Below the pieces are notes generated by a model that searched no databases, had not been told where the DNA came from, and saw nothing but the letters and a program-made list of their open reading frames with translations. 32,000 bases of DNA from Bacilli bacterium. Its GTDB lineage: Bacteria; Bacillota_I; Bacilli_A; RF39; UBA660. Below, in pieces: positions 1 through 9,066 of the stretch; the first letter of the stretch is position 1; every line of letters starts with the position of its first letter. Where the stretch lies: contig JAFXPU010000023.1 of assembly GCA_017527675.1 (NCBI GenBank), positions 6,052 to 38,051 of the forward strand. The letters are read 5' to 3'. Made by a program: the position numbers and the translations under genes.

Positions 1-10
1 TCTTTTTTTA

Positions 11-19
11 TGATATAAT
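11..19 (+). promoter_or_regulatory. Extended -10 box TGaTATAAT upstream of the ttcA-like gene
   Basis: Exact TGnTATAAT match 4 nt upstream of the SD. Confidence 0.45.
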
Positions 20-34
20 TAGTAAGGTGATTAC

Positions 35-859
35 ATGGAAAAATATCAATTAGTAGAACAAAGTATTATAAAAAAATTTCGCAAAGAAATATGGTCTAAA
101 TTTGTTAAGGCTGTTGCTGAATACGAGCTAATAAAAGAAAATGACAAAATAATGGTTTGTATTAGTGGTGGTAAAGATTCTTTTTTACTTGCTAAATGTA
201 TGGAAGAAATCAAAAAACATGGTAAAGTTGATTTTGATGTTTTCTATGTTTGTATGAATCCTGGTTATAATGAAGCTAATCTTAATATGATTAAGCAAAA
301 TGCTGAAATACTTAATATTAATTTAGAAATATTTGAATCTGATATTTTTTCAATTGTTACTAATGTAGATGAATCACCATGCTATTTATGTGCTCGTATG
401 CGAAGGGGATGTTTATATAATAAGGCTAAAGAATTAGGTTGTAATAAAATAGCTTTAGGGCATCATTTTGATGATGTAATTGAAACAACCTTATTATCAT
501 TGTTTTATGGAGCGGAAATTAAAACAATGATGCCAAAACTTCATTCAGATAATTTTCCTGGTTTAGAATTAATTAGACCAATGCATATGATACATGAAGC
601 AGATATAATTGCATGGACTAAATATAATGATCTTACATTTATTAATTGTGCTTGTAGATTTACTGAAAAAGTAAATATGGAAGATGAGTCAATTAGTAAA
701 AGAAGAGAAATGAAAAACTTAATAAAAGAGATGAAAAAAGTAAATAAAGATGTTGATCATAATATTTATAAGGCTTTAGATAATGTTAATTTAAACTGTG
801 TTATTGGAACTAAGAAAAATAAAAAATATGAAAGTTTTTTAGATAAATATGATAAATAA
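35..859 (+). CDS. ttcA: PP-loop ATPase, tRNA 2-thiocytidine synthase (TtcA)-like
   Basis: 274-aa ORF. PP-loop SGGKDS at 164-181. Cys motifs CYLCARMRRG and CACRF as in the TtcA family. SD AAGGTGA at 24-30. Confidence 0.8.
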   Translation: MEKYQLVEQSIIKKFRKEIWSKFVKAVAEYELIKENDKIMVCISGGKDSFLLAKCMEEIKKHGKVDFDVFYVCMNPGYNEANLNMIKQNAEILNINLEIFESDIFSIVTNVDESPCYLCARMRRGCLYNKAKELGCNKIALGHHFDDVIETTLLSLFYGAEIKTMMPKLHSDNFPGLELIRPMHMIHEADIIAWTKYNDLTFINCACRFTEKVNMEDESISKRREMKNLIKEMKKVNKDVDHNIYKALDNVNLNCVIGTKKNKKYESFLDKYDK

Positions 860-864
860 AATAT

Positions 865-913
865 AGTTCTTTACATATAATGTAGTAAAAAAGATGTAAA
901 GAACTTTTTTTTT
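865..913 (+). terminator. Rho-independent terminator after the ttcA-like gene
   Basis: 12-bp stem AGTTCTTTACAT (865-876) / ATGTAAAGAACT (894-905), followed by a T-run. Confidence 0.7.
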
Positions 914-935
914 GTTTTAATTTTTAATAAATATG

Positions 936-944
936 TGGTATATT
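936..944 (+). promoter_or_regulatory. Extended -10 box TGgTATATT for membrane-protein paralog 1
   Basis: TGnTATATT located between the upstream terminator and the SD. Confidence 0.45.
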
Positions 945-969
945 TAAATAAAGAAAGAGGTGTTTTAAA

Positions 970-1485
970 ATGAAATTATCAGTAAGAAAAATTTTTAGCA
1001 TAATTATTGCTTCACTTACATTATTACTATTTATAATGTCTTTTGCTCCACATATTGGTGGTTATACTGAGGGAAGTGGATGGTATTCTGTTGAAATAAA
1101 AAGTCAAAATTTATGGGATGGTAATAAAGCTCAACCAATTATGTATTTATTAGCTTATATTGGAATTATTGCTGTATATTTATTACATATCTTTATTAAT
1201 TTAAAAGAAAAATGGGTACAATATGCTAATTATGCAGTAGGATTTGTTGGACTTGGTTATTTAACTATGTTTTTCGCTGGGTTAGATCATTTAGGATTTG
1301 GATTAGTTATTGGTGTATTACTTGCCTTAGGAATTAATTCATTATCTGTTATTTGGTATTTTATGAGTGATAAACAAATGGGAGCTCCAGTAACTGGTTA
1401 TGATCCAAAAACAGGAAAACCAATTTATGCTAAGCCAACAGGTTTTGATCCAAAAACAGGAAAACCAATATTTGAACAAAAATAG
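970..1485 (+). CDS. Multi-pass membrane protein with C-terminal tandem G[YF]DPxTGKPI[YF] motifs (paralog 1)
   Basis: 171-aa ORF. SD AGAGGTG at 956-962, 7 nt before the ATG. Several hydrophobic helices. Tail motifs at 1396-1428 and 1441-1473. Terminator follows. Confidence 0.8.
   Translation: MKLSVRKIFSIIIASLTLLLFIMSFAPHIGGYTEGSGWYSVEIKSQNLWDGNKAQPIMYLLAYIGIIAVYLLHIFINLKEKWVQYANYAVGFVGLGYLTMFFAGLDHLGFGLVIGVLLALGINSLSVIWYFMSDKQMGAPVTGYDPKTGKPIYAKPTGFDPKTGKPIFEQK
1396..1473 (+). repeat. Two copies of a 33-nt coding motif (G[YF]DPKTGKPI[YF])
   Basis: GGTTATGATCCAAAAACAGGAAAACCAATTTAT at 1396-1428 and GGTTTTGATCCAAAAACAGGAAAACCAATATTT at 1441-1473. Confidence 0.85.
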
Positions 1486-1509
1486 GATTTATCCTATTTT
1501 TTTTTATTA
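1481..1509 (+). terminator. Rho-independent terminator overlapping the stop of paralog 1
   Basis: AATAGGAT / ATCCTATT inverted repeat followed by a long T-run. Confidence 0.6.
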
Positions 1510-1544
1510 TTTTTTCAAAAATAGTTTTTAAATTAGCAAAAATA

Positions 1545-1553
1545 TGATATATT
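1545..1553 (+). promoter_or_regulatory. Extended -10 box TGaTATATT for membrane-protein paralog 2
   Basis: Same box type and similar position as for paralog 1. Confidence 0.45.
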
Positions 1554-1577
1554 TATATTAGAAAAGAGGTGTTTGAA

Positions 1578-2114
1578 TTGAAACTAAGCATGAAGAAAAT
1601 ATACGGTATTATAATGGCTGGCTTATCAGTATTATTATTTGCGTTTACATTTATCCCACAATTTAAATATTCTACTGATTATAGTAGTGTTAAATATAGT
1701 TTCTGGGCTAAAGATGCTGTACAAGAATGTGCTAGATTCTGTGGTATCATTAAACCAATTTTATTATTGATTCTTCTTGTTGCTATTATAGCTGTATATG
1801 TATTACATATTTTTGATATTTTCAAAGATAAATGGATGTCATATGCAAACTATGCTACAGGTTTTGTTACATTTACATATTTAAATATGTTCTTTGCTAA
1901 TATTAAATATGCATATGTAGGAATTTGGTTAAGCGTAATTGTTGCTATTGGTTTAGGTGTTATATCTGTATTATGGAATTTTGCATCAGATAAAGCACTT
2001 GGAAATGGTGGTAATGGTGCTCCAATAACAGGTTATGATCCAGCAACAGGAAAACCAATTTATGCACAACCTTCAGGTTTCGATCCAGTAACAGGAAAAC
2101 CAATCTATAAATAA
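1578..2114 (+). CDS. Multi-pass membrane protein, paralog 2 of 970-1485
   Basis: I place the start at TTG 1578 rather than the track start 1569. SD AGAGGTG at 1565-1571 sits 6 nt upstream, and the N-terminus (M)KLSMKKIYGI then aligns with MKLSVRKIFSI of paralog 1. The same C-terminal motifs occur at 2031-2063 and 2076-2108. Confidence 0.75.
   Translation: MKLSMKKIYGIIMAGLSVLLFAFTFIPQFKYSTDYSSVKYSFWAKDAVQECARFCGIIKPILLLILLVAIIAVYVLHIFDIFKDKWMSYANYATGFVTFTYLNMFFANIKYAYVGIWLSVIVAIGLGVISVLWNFASDKALGNGGNGAPITGYDPATGKPIYAQPSGFDPVTGKPIYK
2031..2108 (+). repeat. Two further copies of the same 33-nt coding motif in the paralog
   Basis: Copies at 2031-2063 and 2076-2108. The core GATCCAnnAACAGGAAAACCAAT is shared by all four copies. 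Confidence 0.85.
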
Positions 2115-2116
2115 AA

Positions 2117-2140
2117 AATAGTACTAAGTACTATTTTTTG
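2117..2140 (+). terminator. Rho-independent terminator after paralog 2
   Basis: AATAGTACT / AGTACTATT inverted repeat followed by TTTTT. Confidence 0.6.
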
Positions 2141-2153
2141 TTTGCCTTAATTG

Positions 2154-2162
2154 TGGTATAAT
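2154..2162 (+). promoter_or_regulatory. Extended -10 box TGgTATAAT for the HD-domain gene
   Basis: Exact TGnTATAAT following the terminator at 2117-2140. Confidence 0.5.
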
Positions 2163-2183
2163 TTATATAGATTTGGTGGTATT

Positions 2184-2747
2184 ATGACATTTGAAGAATT
2201 AAAAGAAATATTAGTAAGTTTAAAACCAAGTGAAGAAATAAAAAAGAAAGAACAAGAAATATTTGATTTTATTCCAGAATTAGAAAAATCAAAAGGTTTT
2301 AATCAAAATAATCCATGGCATGTTTATGATGTTTATGAACATATCTTACATGTAGTTGATAATGTTGATGATATGTTTGAATTAAGATTAGCAGCTTTAT
2401 TTCACGATATAGGAAAACCATATGTTTATAAAGAAGATGCCAATGGTATAGGGCATTTTTATAATCATTGGTTGGTATCAGAAGAAATATTTAATAAGTT
2501 TGCTACTAGGGAAAGTATGGATGAAAAAACTATTAAAAGAATATCTAAATTGATATTCTATCATGATAAGAGTTTAAATAAACTTGATGATCATGAACTA
2601 GCATGTGTACTTAGTCAGTTTAGTCAAGAAGAATTAATTATGTTATATAAATTAAAAAGAGCTGATTTAATGGCTCAAAATGAAGAATATCATTATTTAT
2701 TGAGTGATTATGATAAAGAAGAAAAAGAACTATTAAAAAAATACTAA
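2184..2747 (+). CDS. HD-domain phosphohydrolase (resembles the HD part of CCA-adding/tRNA nucleotidyltransferase-family proteins)
   Basis: H..D signature in AALFHDIGKP plus HVYDVYEHILH. The track start 2151 lies inside a TGGTATAAT -10 box, so I chose ATG 2184, which is preceded by GGTGGT. Confidence 0.7.
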   Translation: MTFEELKEILVSLKPSEEIKKKEQEIFDFIPELEKSKGFNQNNPWHVYDVYEHILHVVDNVDDMFELRLAALFHDIGKPYVYKEDANGIGHFYNHWLVSEEIFNKFATRESMDEKTIKRISKLIFYHDKSLNKLDDHELACVLSQFSQEELIMLYKLKRADLMAQNEEYHYLLSDYDKEEKELLKKY

Positions 2748-2763
2748 AGTGGGAAGTAATGTT

Positions 2764-4164
2764 ATGAAAAAATATATGAAGTATGTAATTATAGGTGTTG
2801 CCTTTGTTTTAGTATCTTTAATAACAATGCTTATTGTTATTGATTATAACCGTAAATTAGATGTTACTTTAATTGGAGAAAATAATATTAAAGTAAATTA
2901 TAATCAAAAATATCAAGAGCAAGGTATTGTTGTTAAAAATGGTAATAAAGAAGTTAAAAGAAACAAGTATGATGTTGGTGTATCTAATAATGTTGATACG
3001 CATACTTTAGGTGAATACGAGGTAAAATACGAAATAAAATATCATAATCGTAAATATATTCTAAAAAGAAAAGTCCAAGTAGTAGATATGGAGGCACCTA
3101 ATTTAATAATCAATACTGATGTTATTAAAAGAGACTATTGTACAAAAGAAAATAAAACTGCTGTTGAATATCATGCTATTGATAATTATGATGCTGATAT
3201 AACTGATAAAGTTGAAGTAGAAGAAAAAGATGATGAAATAATATATAAAGTAAAAGATTCATCTGGTAATGAAAGTGTAAAAAAGATTAAACTAGAATAT
3301 GACAATATTCCAGAAGATAGATTTGTTTTAAATGGTTCAGAAATTACTTATGTCGAATTAAATCGTGAATATCAAGAACCAGGTGCAATTTATTTAGATG
3401 GTTGTGGTAATCCAAAAAAAGGCGATATTAAAGTTGATGGTAGTGTTAATACTAAAAAAGAAGGTGAATACACTATTACCTATACTTTAAATGGTAAGGA
3501 TAAATTAAAACGTAAAGTTATTGTTTATGAAAAGAAATATGCTCCAAAAACTATTTATTTAACTTTTGATGATGGCCCTGGTCCATATACTCAAGGAATA
3601 CTTGATACTTTAGATAAATATAAAGTTAAAGCAACATTCTTTGTTACAAGTCAATTTCCAGCTTATCAAGCTATGATAGGTGAAGAACATAAGAGAGGAC
3701 ATAGGGTTGCTGTTCATACTTATTCGCATAATTATTCAATAGTTTATTCTTCAGTTGATGCTTATTTTAATGATTTTAATCAAATGAATGAAATAATAAA
3801 GAATCATACAGGTTCTTATTCAAATTTATTTAGATTTCCAGGCGGTTCATCTAATACAGTAAGCTATAGATATTCACCAGGTGTTGTTTCTGCTATAGCC
3901 CAAACAGCTAATAATTTGGGTTATGTATATTTTGATTGGAACTTAGATTCTCGTGATGCTGAAGGATTTGACTCTTGGTCAATTTACAATAATGTAGTTA
4001 ATGGAACAGATAATTGTTCTGCTTGTGTTGTTTTAATGCATGATGTTAAAGCTCCAACTGCTGAGGCATTGGATTCTATTTTAGCTGAATTAACAGCTCG
4101 TGGTTATACATTTGCAACTTTAGATGCTAATAGTCCAACTGCTCATCATCGTATTCAAAACTAA
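2764..4164 (+). CDS. Membrane-anchored polysaccharide deacetylase (NodB homology domain) with N-terminal Ig-like repeats
   Basis: N-terminal TM helix. Two repeats resembling DUF5011/Ig-like modules (..GEYEVKYEI.., ..GEYTITYTL..). NodB motifs TFDDGP (3562-3579) and HTYSH. ATG 2764 preferred over GTG 2749, with GGGAAG as SD. Confidence 0.85.
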   Translation: MKKYMKYVIIGVAFVLVSLITMLIVIDYNRKLDVTLIGENNIKVNYNQKYQEQGIVVKNGNKEVKRNKYDVGVSNNVDTHTLGEYEVKYEIKYHNRKYILKRKVQVVDMEAPNLIINTDVIKRDYCTKENKTAVEYHAIDNYDADITDKVEVEEKDDEIIYKVKDSSGNESVKKIKLEYDNIPEDRFVLNGSEITYVELNREYQEPGAIYLDGCGNPKKGDIKVDGSVNTKKEGEYTITYTLNGKDKLKRKVIVYEKKYAPKTIYLTFDDGPGPYTQGILDTLDKYKVKATFFVTSQFPAYQAMIGEEHKRGHRVAVHTYSHNYSIVYSSVDAYFNDFNQMNEIIKNHTGSYSNLFRFPGGSSNTVSYRYSPGVVSAIAQTANNLGYVYFDWNLDSRDAEGFDSWSIYNNVVNGTDNCSACVVLMHDVKAPTAEALDSILAELTARGYTFATLDANSPTAHHRIQN

Positions 4165-4190
4165 AAAAAGGAATTTTAAATTCCTTTTTT
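4165..4190. terminator. Bidirectional terminator between convergent deacetylase and acyltransferase genes
   Basis: AAAAAGGAATTT / AAATTCCTTTTT palindrome flanked by an A-run and a T-run. Confidence 0.7.
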
Positions 4191-5266
4191 TAATATGTTT
4201 TAAAAGTATCAATATATTCTTTTTTAAAACTTTTTAGTGGTGTAATAATAATAACGGGAATAATTGTACCTAAAACAAAGTATAAAAACCATAATCTATT
4301 TGAGAATGCATATGGATAACTAGCAACTAATTTATAATCTGTAATACCTTTAATTGCTGCATATGTTATATCAATTATTTTGATTACTAGCAAATGCATT
4401 GCCATGATATGAAAACTATTTTCACCTAAGATAGTAAATATTTTTTTAGATGTTTTAAAGCAATTAATAGTTTTAGCAAGCGATAAACAAAAGTAAATAC
4501 CAAGTAATGATAATAAATAGAATACTAATGGATTAATTAATTGATTATTTCCTAAATCAATCCATGAGTTATATTGTTTTAAAATAATAAAAATTATAAA
4601 TGCACTTGGCATCCATGACCAGTTAGTAATTAAAAAGCTTATTTTTTCTTCATATTTTTTATAAATAATTCCTAAGGAAATAAAAGAAACAGAGATAAAT
4701 GATATTTGAATAAAATACTGAAAGAATCCATTATTAATTGTTAGTAAGATACCAATAATACCTGTTATAATACCAATTGAAGTAATATTTGCTAAACGAT
4801 TGTTAAAAATATTTTTACTATAGAGAATAACAAATATTATTTTAGCAAATAGCATCATTGGTATAAACCATAAAGCAGCAAGTAATTTTTCATTGGTAAG
4901 AAATTGTAATCCAGCAAAAATGTATTTAGAAATATCTCTTGTATGATATATTTCATCATCAATCATATGTAATTTAACAAAGGAGTTATGTGCAAGGACA
5001 AAAACTAAATTATATAAAAAGTATAAAGATAACATTTTAATTATTTGTTTTCCAATATACTGATATTTATAGTTTTTATCTTTTTCAAAAATATCACAGT
5101 TAAATAAATAACCAATAATAAACATAAAGATCATTAAGTGATAGGTATAAACAAATGGACCCATTGGTACATTATTTTTAAAAACAAATGCACAACTATG
5201 GCCTAAAACAATAGAAGTAATACCTACACCTTTTAATATATCCACATATTCATTTCTTTTATTCAT
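4190..5266 (-). CDS. Acyltransferase family 3 integral membrane protein (O-acyltransferase-like)
   Basis: 358 aa, about 10 hydrophobic helices. N-terminus NEYVDILKGVGITSIVLGH is typical of acyltransferase_3. SD AAGGAG upstream on the minus strand. Confidence 0.75.
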   Translation of the reverse strand: MNKRNEYVDILKGVGITSIVLGHSCAFVFKNNVPMGPFVYTYHLMIFMFIIGYLFNCDIFEKDKNYKYQYIGKQIIKMLSLYFLYNLVFVLAHNSFVKLHMIDDEIYHTRDISKYIFAGLQFLTNEKLLAALWFIPMMLFAKIIFVILYSKNIFNNRLANITSIGIITGIIGILLTINNGFFQYFIQISFISVSFISLGIIYKKYEEKISFLITNWSWMPSAFIIFIILKQYNSWIDLGNNQLINPLVFYLLSLLGIYFCLSLAKTINCFKTSKKIFTILGENSFHIMAMHLLVIKIIDITYAAIKGITDYKLVASYPYAFSNRLWFLYFVLGTIIPVIIITPLKSFKKEYIDTFKTY

Positions 5267-5332
5267 AAATAATCTCCTTGGTTAATTATTATACCTTATT
5301 TTGCAATAAAATCAATTAATTTAACTAAAATG

Positions 5333-5341
5333 TGTTATAAT
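5333..5341 (+). promoter_or_regulatory. Extended -10 box TGtTATAAT for the ITPase/membrane-protein pair
   Basis: Exact TGnTATAAT in the divergent intergenic region, 6 nt upstream of the SD. Confidence 0.5.
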
Positions 5342-5358
5342 TTAGGTAAGGTGATAAA

Positions 5359-5913
5359 ATGAAAATAACATACGTTACTGGCAATTGGGCTAAAATAGAA
5401 AGTGCCAGACAAACTTTAGAACCACTTGGCTTTGAAATTGACAATATTAAAATGGATACACCAGAGATTCAAGCAGATGATGTTGTTGAAGTATCTAAAT
5501 ATTCAGCTTCTTGGGCTGCTGAAAAACTTGGATGTCCAGTTTTAAAAAATGATTCTGGTTTATTTGTTGAAGGGTTAAATGGTTTTCCTGGCGTTTATAC
5601 ACGTTTTGTTGATGAAACAATAGGTGAAGATGGACTTTTAAAATTAATGGAAGGTATGGAAAACCGTAATGCTTATTTTAAAGAATCATTAGCTTATTGT
5701 TATCCTGGTAAAGAACCAGTTGTATTTGATTGTATTACTAAAGGACATATTGATACTAAAAAATCAGGTACTTATGGTTGGAGTTGGGACTTTATCTTTA
5801 TACCAGAAGGTGAAACTAAAACCTTAGGATGCTTTCCCGATAGTGAAAGATGGAAATTTTGGTCTAATGAAGCATATTTAAAATTAGCTGAATATTTGAA
5901 GGATAAAGCATAA
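5359..5913 (+). CDS. Non-canonical purine NTP pyrophosphatase (Ham1/ITPase family)
   Basis: Motifs VTGNWAKIESA and NDSGLFVEGLNGFPGVYTRF match Ham1/RdgB family signatures. SD AAGGTGAT at 5348-5355. Confidence 0.85.
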   Translation: MKITYVTGNWAKIESARQTLEPLGFEIDNIKMDTPEIQADDVVEVSKYSASWAAEKLGCPVLKNDSGLFVEGLNGFPGVYTRFVDETIGEDGLLKLMEGMENRNAYFKESLAYCYPGKEPVVFDCITKGHIDTKKSGTYGWSWDFIFIPEGETKTLGCFPDSERWKFWSNEAYLKLAEYLKDKA

Positions 5914-6419
5914 TGGAATTAATAATTGGTAATATCATTGCTTTAATAGCTTCATTAATAATGGTTGGCACAGGATTAATAAGAAATAAAAAAAAGATTA
6001 TTTATTTTCAAAGTATTGAAATAGGTCTTTATGTTATTAGTAATTTTATTTTAGGTGGTTATCCAGGTGCTATTATTAATATCATAAATTTTGCTAGAAA
6101 TATTTTATGTTATAAAGATAAATTAGGTACTAAAGAAAAAGGAATTATAGGTTTAATATCTATTGTATTAACAGTTTTATTTAATAATTTAGGTATTATA
6201 GGATATTTACCATTATTAGCTAGTTTAATATATTTATATTTGATGAATACAAAAGGTATTATTAAATTTAAAATATTAACTATTATTACTATGATTATGT
6301 GGTTTATTTATGATTTTTCTATTAAGTCATATACATCATCATTATTTGACGCTTTAACGGTTTTAACATCAATGGTAGCAATTTGTCAAATAAAAAGAAA
6401 AAAGAAGATAAAACACTAA
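5913..6419 (+). CDS. Small multi-pass membrane protein (possibly YgjV-like)
   Basis: 168 aa, about 5 hydrophobic helices. Start overlaps the upstream stop (TAATG), implying translational coupling with the ITPase gene. The family call is from memory only. Confidence 0.55.
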   Translation: MELIIGNIIALIASLIMVGTGLIRNKKKIIYFQSIEIGLYVISNFILGGYPGAIINIINFARNILCYKDKLGTKEKGIIGLISIVLTVLFNNLGIIGYLPLLASLIYLYLMNTKGIIKFKILTIITMIMWFIYDFSIKSYTSSLFDALTVLTSMVAICQIKRKKKIKH

Positions 6420-6433
6420 ATGTGTTTTTTTTA

Positions 6434-6442
6434 TGTTATAAT
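6434..6442 (+). promoter_or_regulatory. Extended -10 box TGtTATAAT for the P-type ATPase
   Basis: Exact TGnTATAAT 23 nt upstream of ATG 6466. Confidence 0.5.
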
Positions 6443-6465
6443 TTATATAGAATAGGGATGAATAT

Positions 6466-9066
6466 ATGAATAACAATTATAAAGAAATGAAAATAGAGGA
6501 TTTTTTAAATACATTAGAAACTAATGAAAATGGTTTAACTAGTCAAGAAGCTTTAAAAAGATTGGTTAGATATGGTAAGAATGAATTACCTAAAAAGAAA
6601 AAAGATAGTATTTTTAAAATATTTATTGGTGAACTTATTGATCCAATTGTATTACTACTATTAGTAGCTATTATAGCATCTTTAATTGCTTCTGAATATA
6701 TTGATGCTTTAGCAATATTTTTAATTGTTTTAATTGATTTAATATTAGGAACATATCAAGAAAATAAAGCAAGGCAAACAATAGAGTCATTAGCTAAATT
6801 AGTTCCTGAAAATGTTAAGGTAAAAAGAAATGGAAAAGAAATATTAATAAATGCTACTGATTTAACTATTGGTGATTATGTATTTTTAGAAAGTGGCGAT
6901 AAAATATCTGCAGATATGCGCTTAATTGAGGTACATAATTTTTCAGCAAATGAATCTATTTTAACAGGTGAGAGTGTTGCAATATTTAAAAGTAGTAATG
7001 CTGGTGAGGATAATTTAATATATGCCGGTACTAGTGTTCAAAGTGGACGTGGTATTGGTATTGTTACTAGTATTGGTATTAATACTGAAATAGGTAAGAT
7101 AGCTACTACTTTAAATGAAACTAAAGAGGAAAAATCTCCACTTGCGATTCGTGTTAATAAATTTTCAAAACAAATAAGTTTACTAATTGGATTATTAGCT
7201 ATTATTTTAACAATTGTCTTATCCTTAAAAGGAATGCCTTTTACGGAAATAGTAGTATCAGTTATAGCCTTATCTGTATCAGCTATGCCTGAGGGATTAC
7301 CTCTTGCTTTGACAATGGCTTTAACTATTGCTTCTAATAAAATGGCTAAGAAAAATGTTATTGTTAAAAAATTAAATTATGTCGAGTCACTAGGCAGTAC
7401 AACAGTTATAGCTAGTGATAAAACTGGTACATTAACCGTCAATGAACAAACTGCTAAAAAAATATTATTACCAAATAACATGGAATATGATATAGAAGGT
7501 AGTGGTTATCATATAGATGGTAAAGTAATTGGTAATAACTTAGAATATGCAAGTAAGATAGCTAAATTAGGGGTTATTAATAATGAAGCTAAATTTAGTG
7601 AAGAAGAACAAATAGGAGATTCTATTGATATTGCTTTTTTAGTATTAGGTGAAAAACTAAAAGTCAAAACTGATGATATTGATATTATAGATACTATTCC
7701 TTATGAATCAGAAAATAAATATTCTGCAGTATTCTATAAACATAATGATAAAACTTATTGTACAATTAAAGGTTCCTTAGAAACTGTTATGGCTTTTTGT
7801 AATCGTATAGATTTTATGGATTCCTTTAATGAGAATGTAATTGAAAAACAAAATGAAGAATTATCTTCAAATGGGTATCGTGTTTTAGCTATTGCTAGTG
7901 GTGAGATATTAAGTAAAGAAAGTTATTCAGAAAGTGATATTAAATCATTAACTTTTAATGGTTTAGTAGGTTTTATTGATCCAATTAGAAAAGAAGCTCA
8001 CGATGCTATTAATAAGTGTCTTGATGCAGGTATAAAGGTATTAATGATAACTGGTGATCATCCACTTACAGCTTTTAAAATTGCTAATGATTTAGAATTA
8101 AGTGATAACTTTAATGATGTTACAACTGGTGATGAAGTTTCATACTATTATGAACAAGGTGAAAAAGCATTTGATGAATTTATTAAAAGTAAAAAAATAT
8201 TTACACGTGTAAGTCCTATAAATAAATTAAGAATTGTGGAATCTTTAAAACGTCAAGGTGAATTTGTTGCCGTAACTGGTGATGGTGTTAATGATGCTCC
8301 TGCACTTAAAGCAGCTAACATTGGTATAGCTATGGGTAGTGGTACAGATATTGCTAAAGAAACGGCCAAAATGATTGTAATTGATGATAATTTTTCATCA
8401 ATTGTAAAGGGCGTTTTAGAAGGACGTGTAGCTTATGCTAATATTAGAAAAATAACATATTTTTTAATATCATGTGGTTTAGCTGAAGTATTATTCTTTG
8501 TTTTAGCTATTATCTTTAATATGCCAATACCACTTGTTGCTATTCAATTACTTTGGTTAAATGTAGTAACAGATGGTATTCAAGATATTGCTTTATCTTT
8601 TGAAAAGGCTGAAGATGGTATAATGATGGAAAAACCACGCAAACCACAAGAGAATTTATTTGATAGGCTACTAGCTGAAGAAATATTAATCTCTGGCTTA
8701 TTTATAGGTTTAATGGTATTTGCTTTATGGTACTTTTTAATAAATGGTGAAAACATGAATGTAAGAAGTGCACGTAGTTATACAATGGTTTTAATGATTA
8801 TTATGCAAAATATTCATGCATTTAACTGCCGTAGTGAAAAGAAAAGCACCTTTAAAATATCGCTTAAAAATAATCCAATATTCTTACTTGGAGTATTAGG
8901 TTCATTAATTTTAGGTATTGCTGTTATTAATGTTAATTTTTTATCAAAACTATTAAAAACTTGTGGTATGCCATTAGATGATATGATTTTATTAATTTTG
9001 TTTGGAACAATAATTATATTAGTAATGGAATTATATAAAATAATAAGACATAGAAGAGGTGATTAA
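6466..9066 (+). CDS. P-type (type II-like) cation-transporting ATPase, probably Ca2+/Mg2+ type
   Basis: 866 aa. TGES actuator motif, phosphorylation site DKTGTLT (7417-7437), PEGLP in TM4, hinge TGDGVNDAPALK, about 10 TM segments. Confidence 0.92.
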   Translation: MNNNYKEMKIEDFLNTLETNENGLTSQEALKRLVRYGKNELPKKKKDSIFKIFIGELIDPIVLLLLVAIIASLIASEYIDALAIFLIVLIDLILGTYQENKARQTIESLAKLVPENVKVKRNGKEILINATDLTIGDYVFLESGDKISADMRLIEVHNFSANESILTGESVAIFKSSNAGEDNLIYAGTSVQSGRGIGIVTSIGINTEIGKIATTLNETKEEKSPLAIRVNKFSKQISLLIGLLAIILTIVLSLKGMPFTEIVVSVIALSVSAMPEGLPLALTMALTIASNKMAKKNVIVKKLNYVESLGSTTVIASDKTGTLTVNEQTAKKILLPNNMEYDIEGSGYHIDGKVIGNNLEYASKIAKLGVINNEAKFSEEEQIGDSIDIAFLVLGEKLKVKTDDIDIIDTIPYESENKYSAVFYKHNDKTYCTIKGSLETVMAFCNRIDFMDSFNENVIEKQNEELSSNGYRVLAIASGEILSKESYSESDIKSLTFNGLVGFIDPIRKEAHDAINKCLDAGIKVLMITGDHPLTAFKIANDLELSDNFNDVTTGDEVSYYYEQGEKAFDEFIKSKKIFTRVSPINKLRIVESLKRQGEFVAVTGDGVNDAPALKAANIGIAMGSGTDIAKETAKMIVIDDNFSSIVKGVLEGRVAYANIRKITYFLISCGLAEVLFFVLAIIFNMPIPLVAIQLLWLNVVTDGIQDIALSFEKAEDGIMMEKPRKPQENLFDRLLAEEILISGLFIGLMVFALWYFLINGENMNVRSARSYTMVLMIIMQNIHAFNCRSEKKSTFKISLKNNPIFLLGVLGSLILGIAVINVNFLSKLLKTCGMPLDDMILLILFGTIIILVMELYKIIRHRRGD

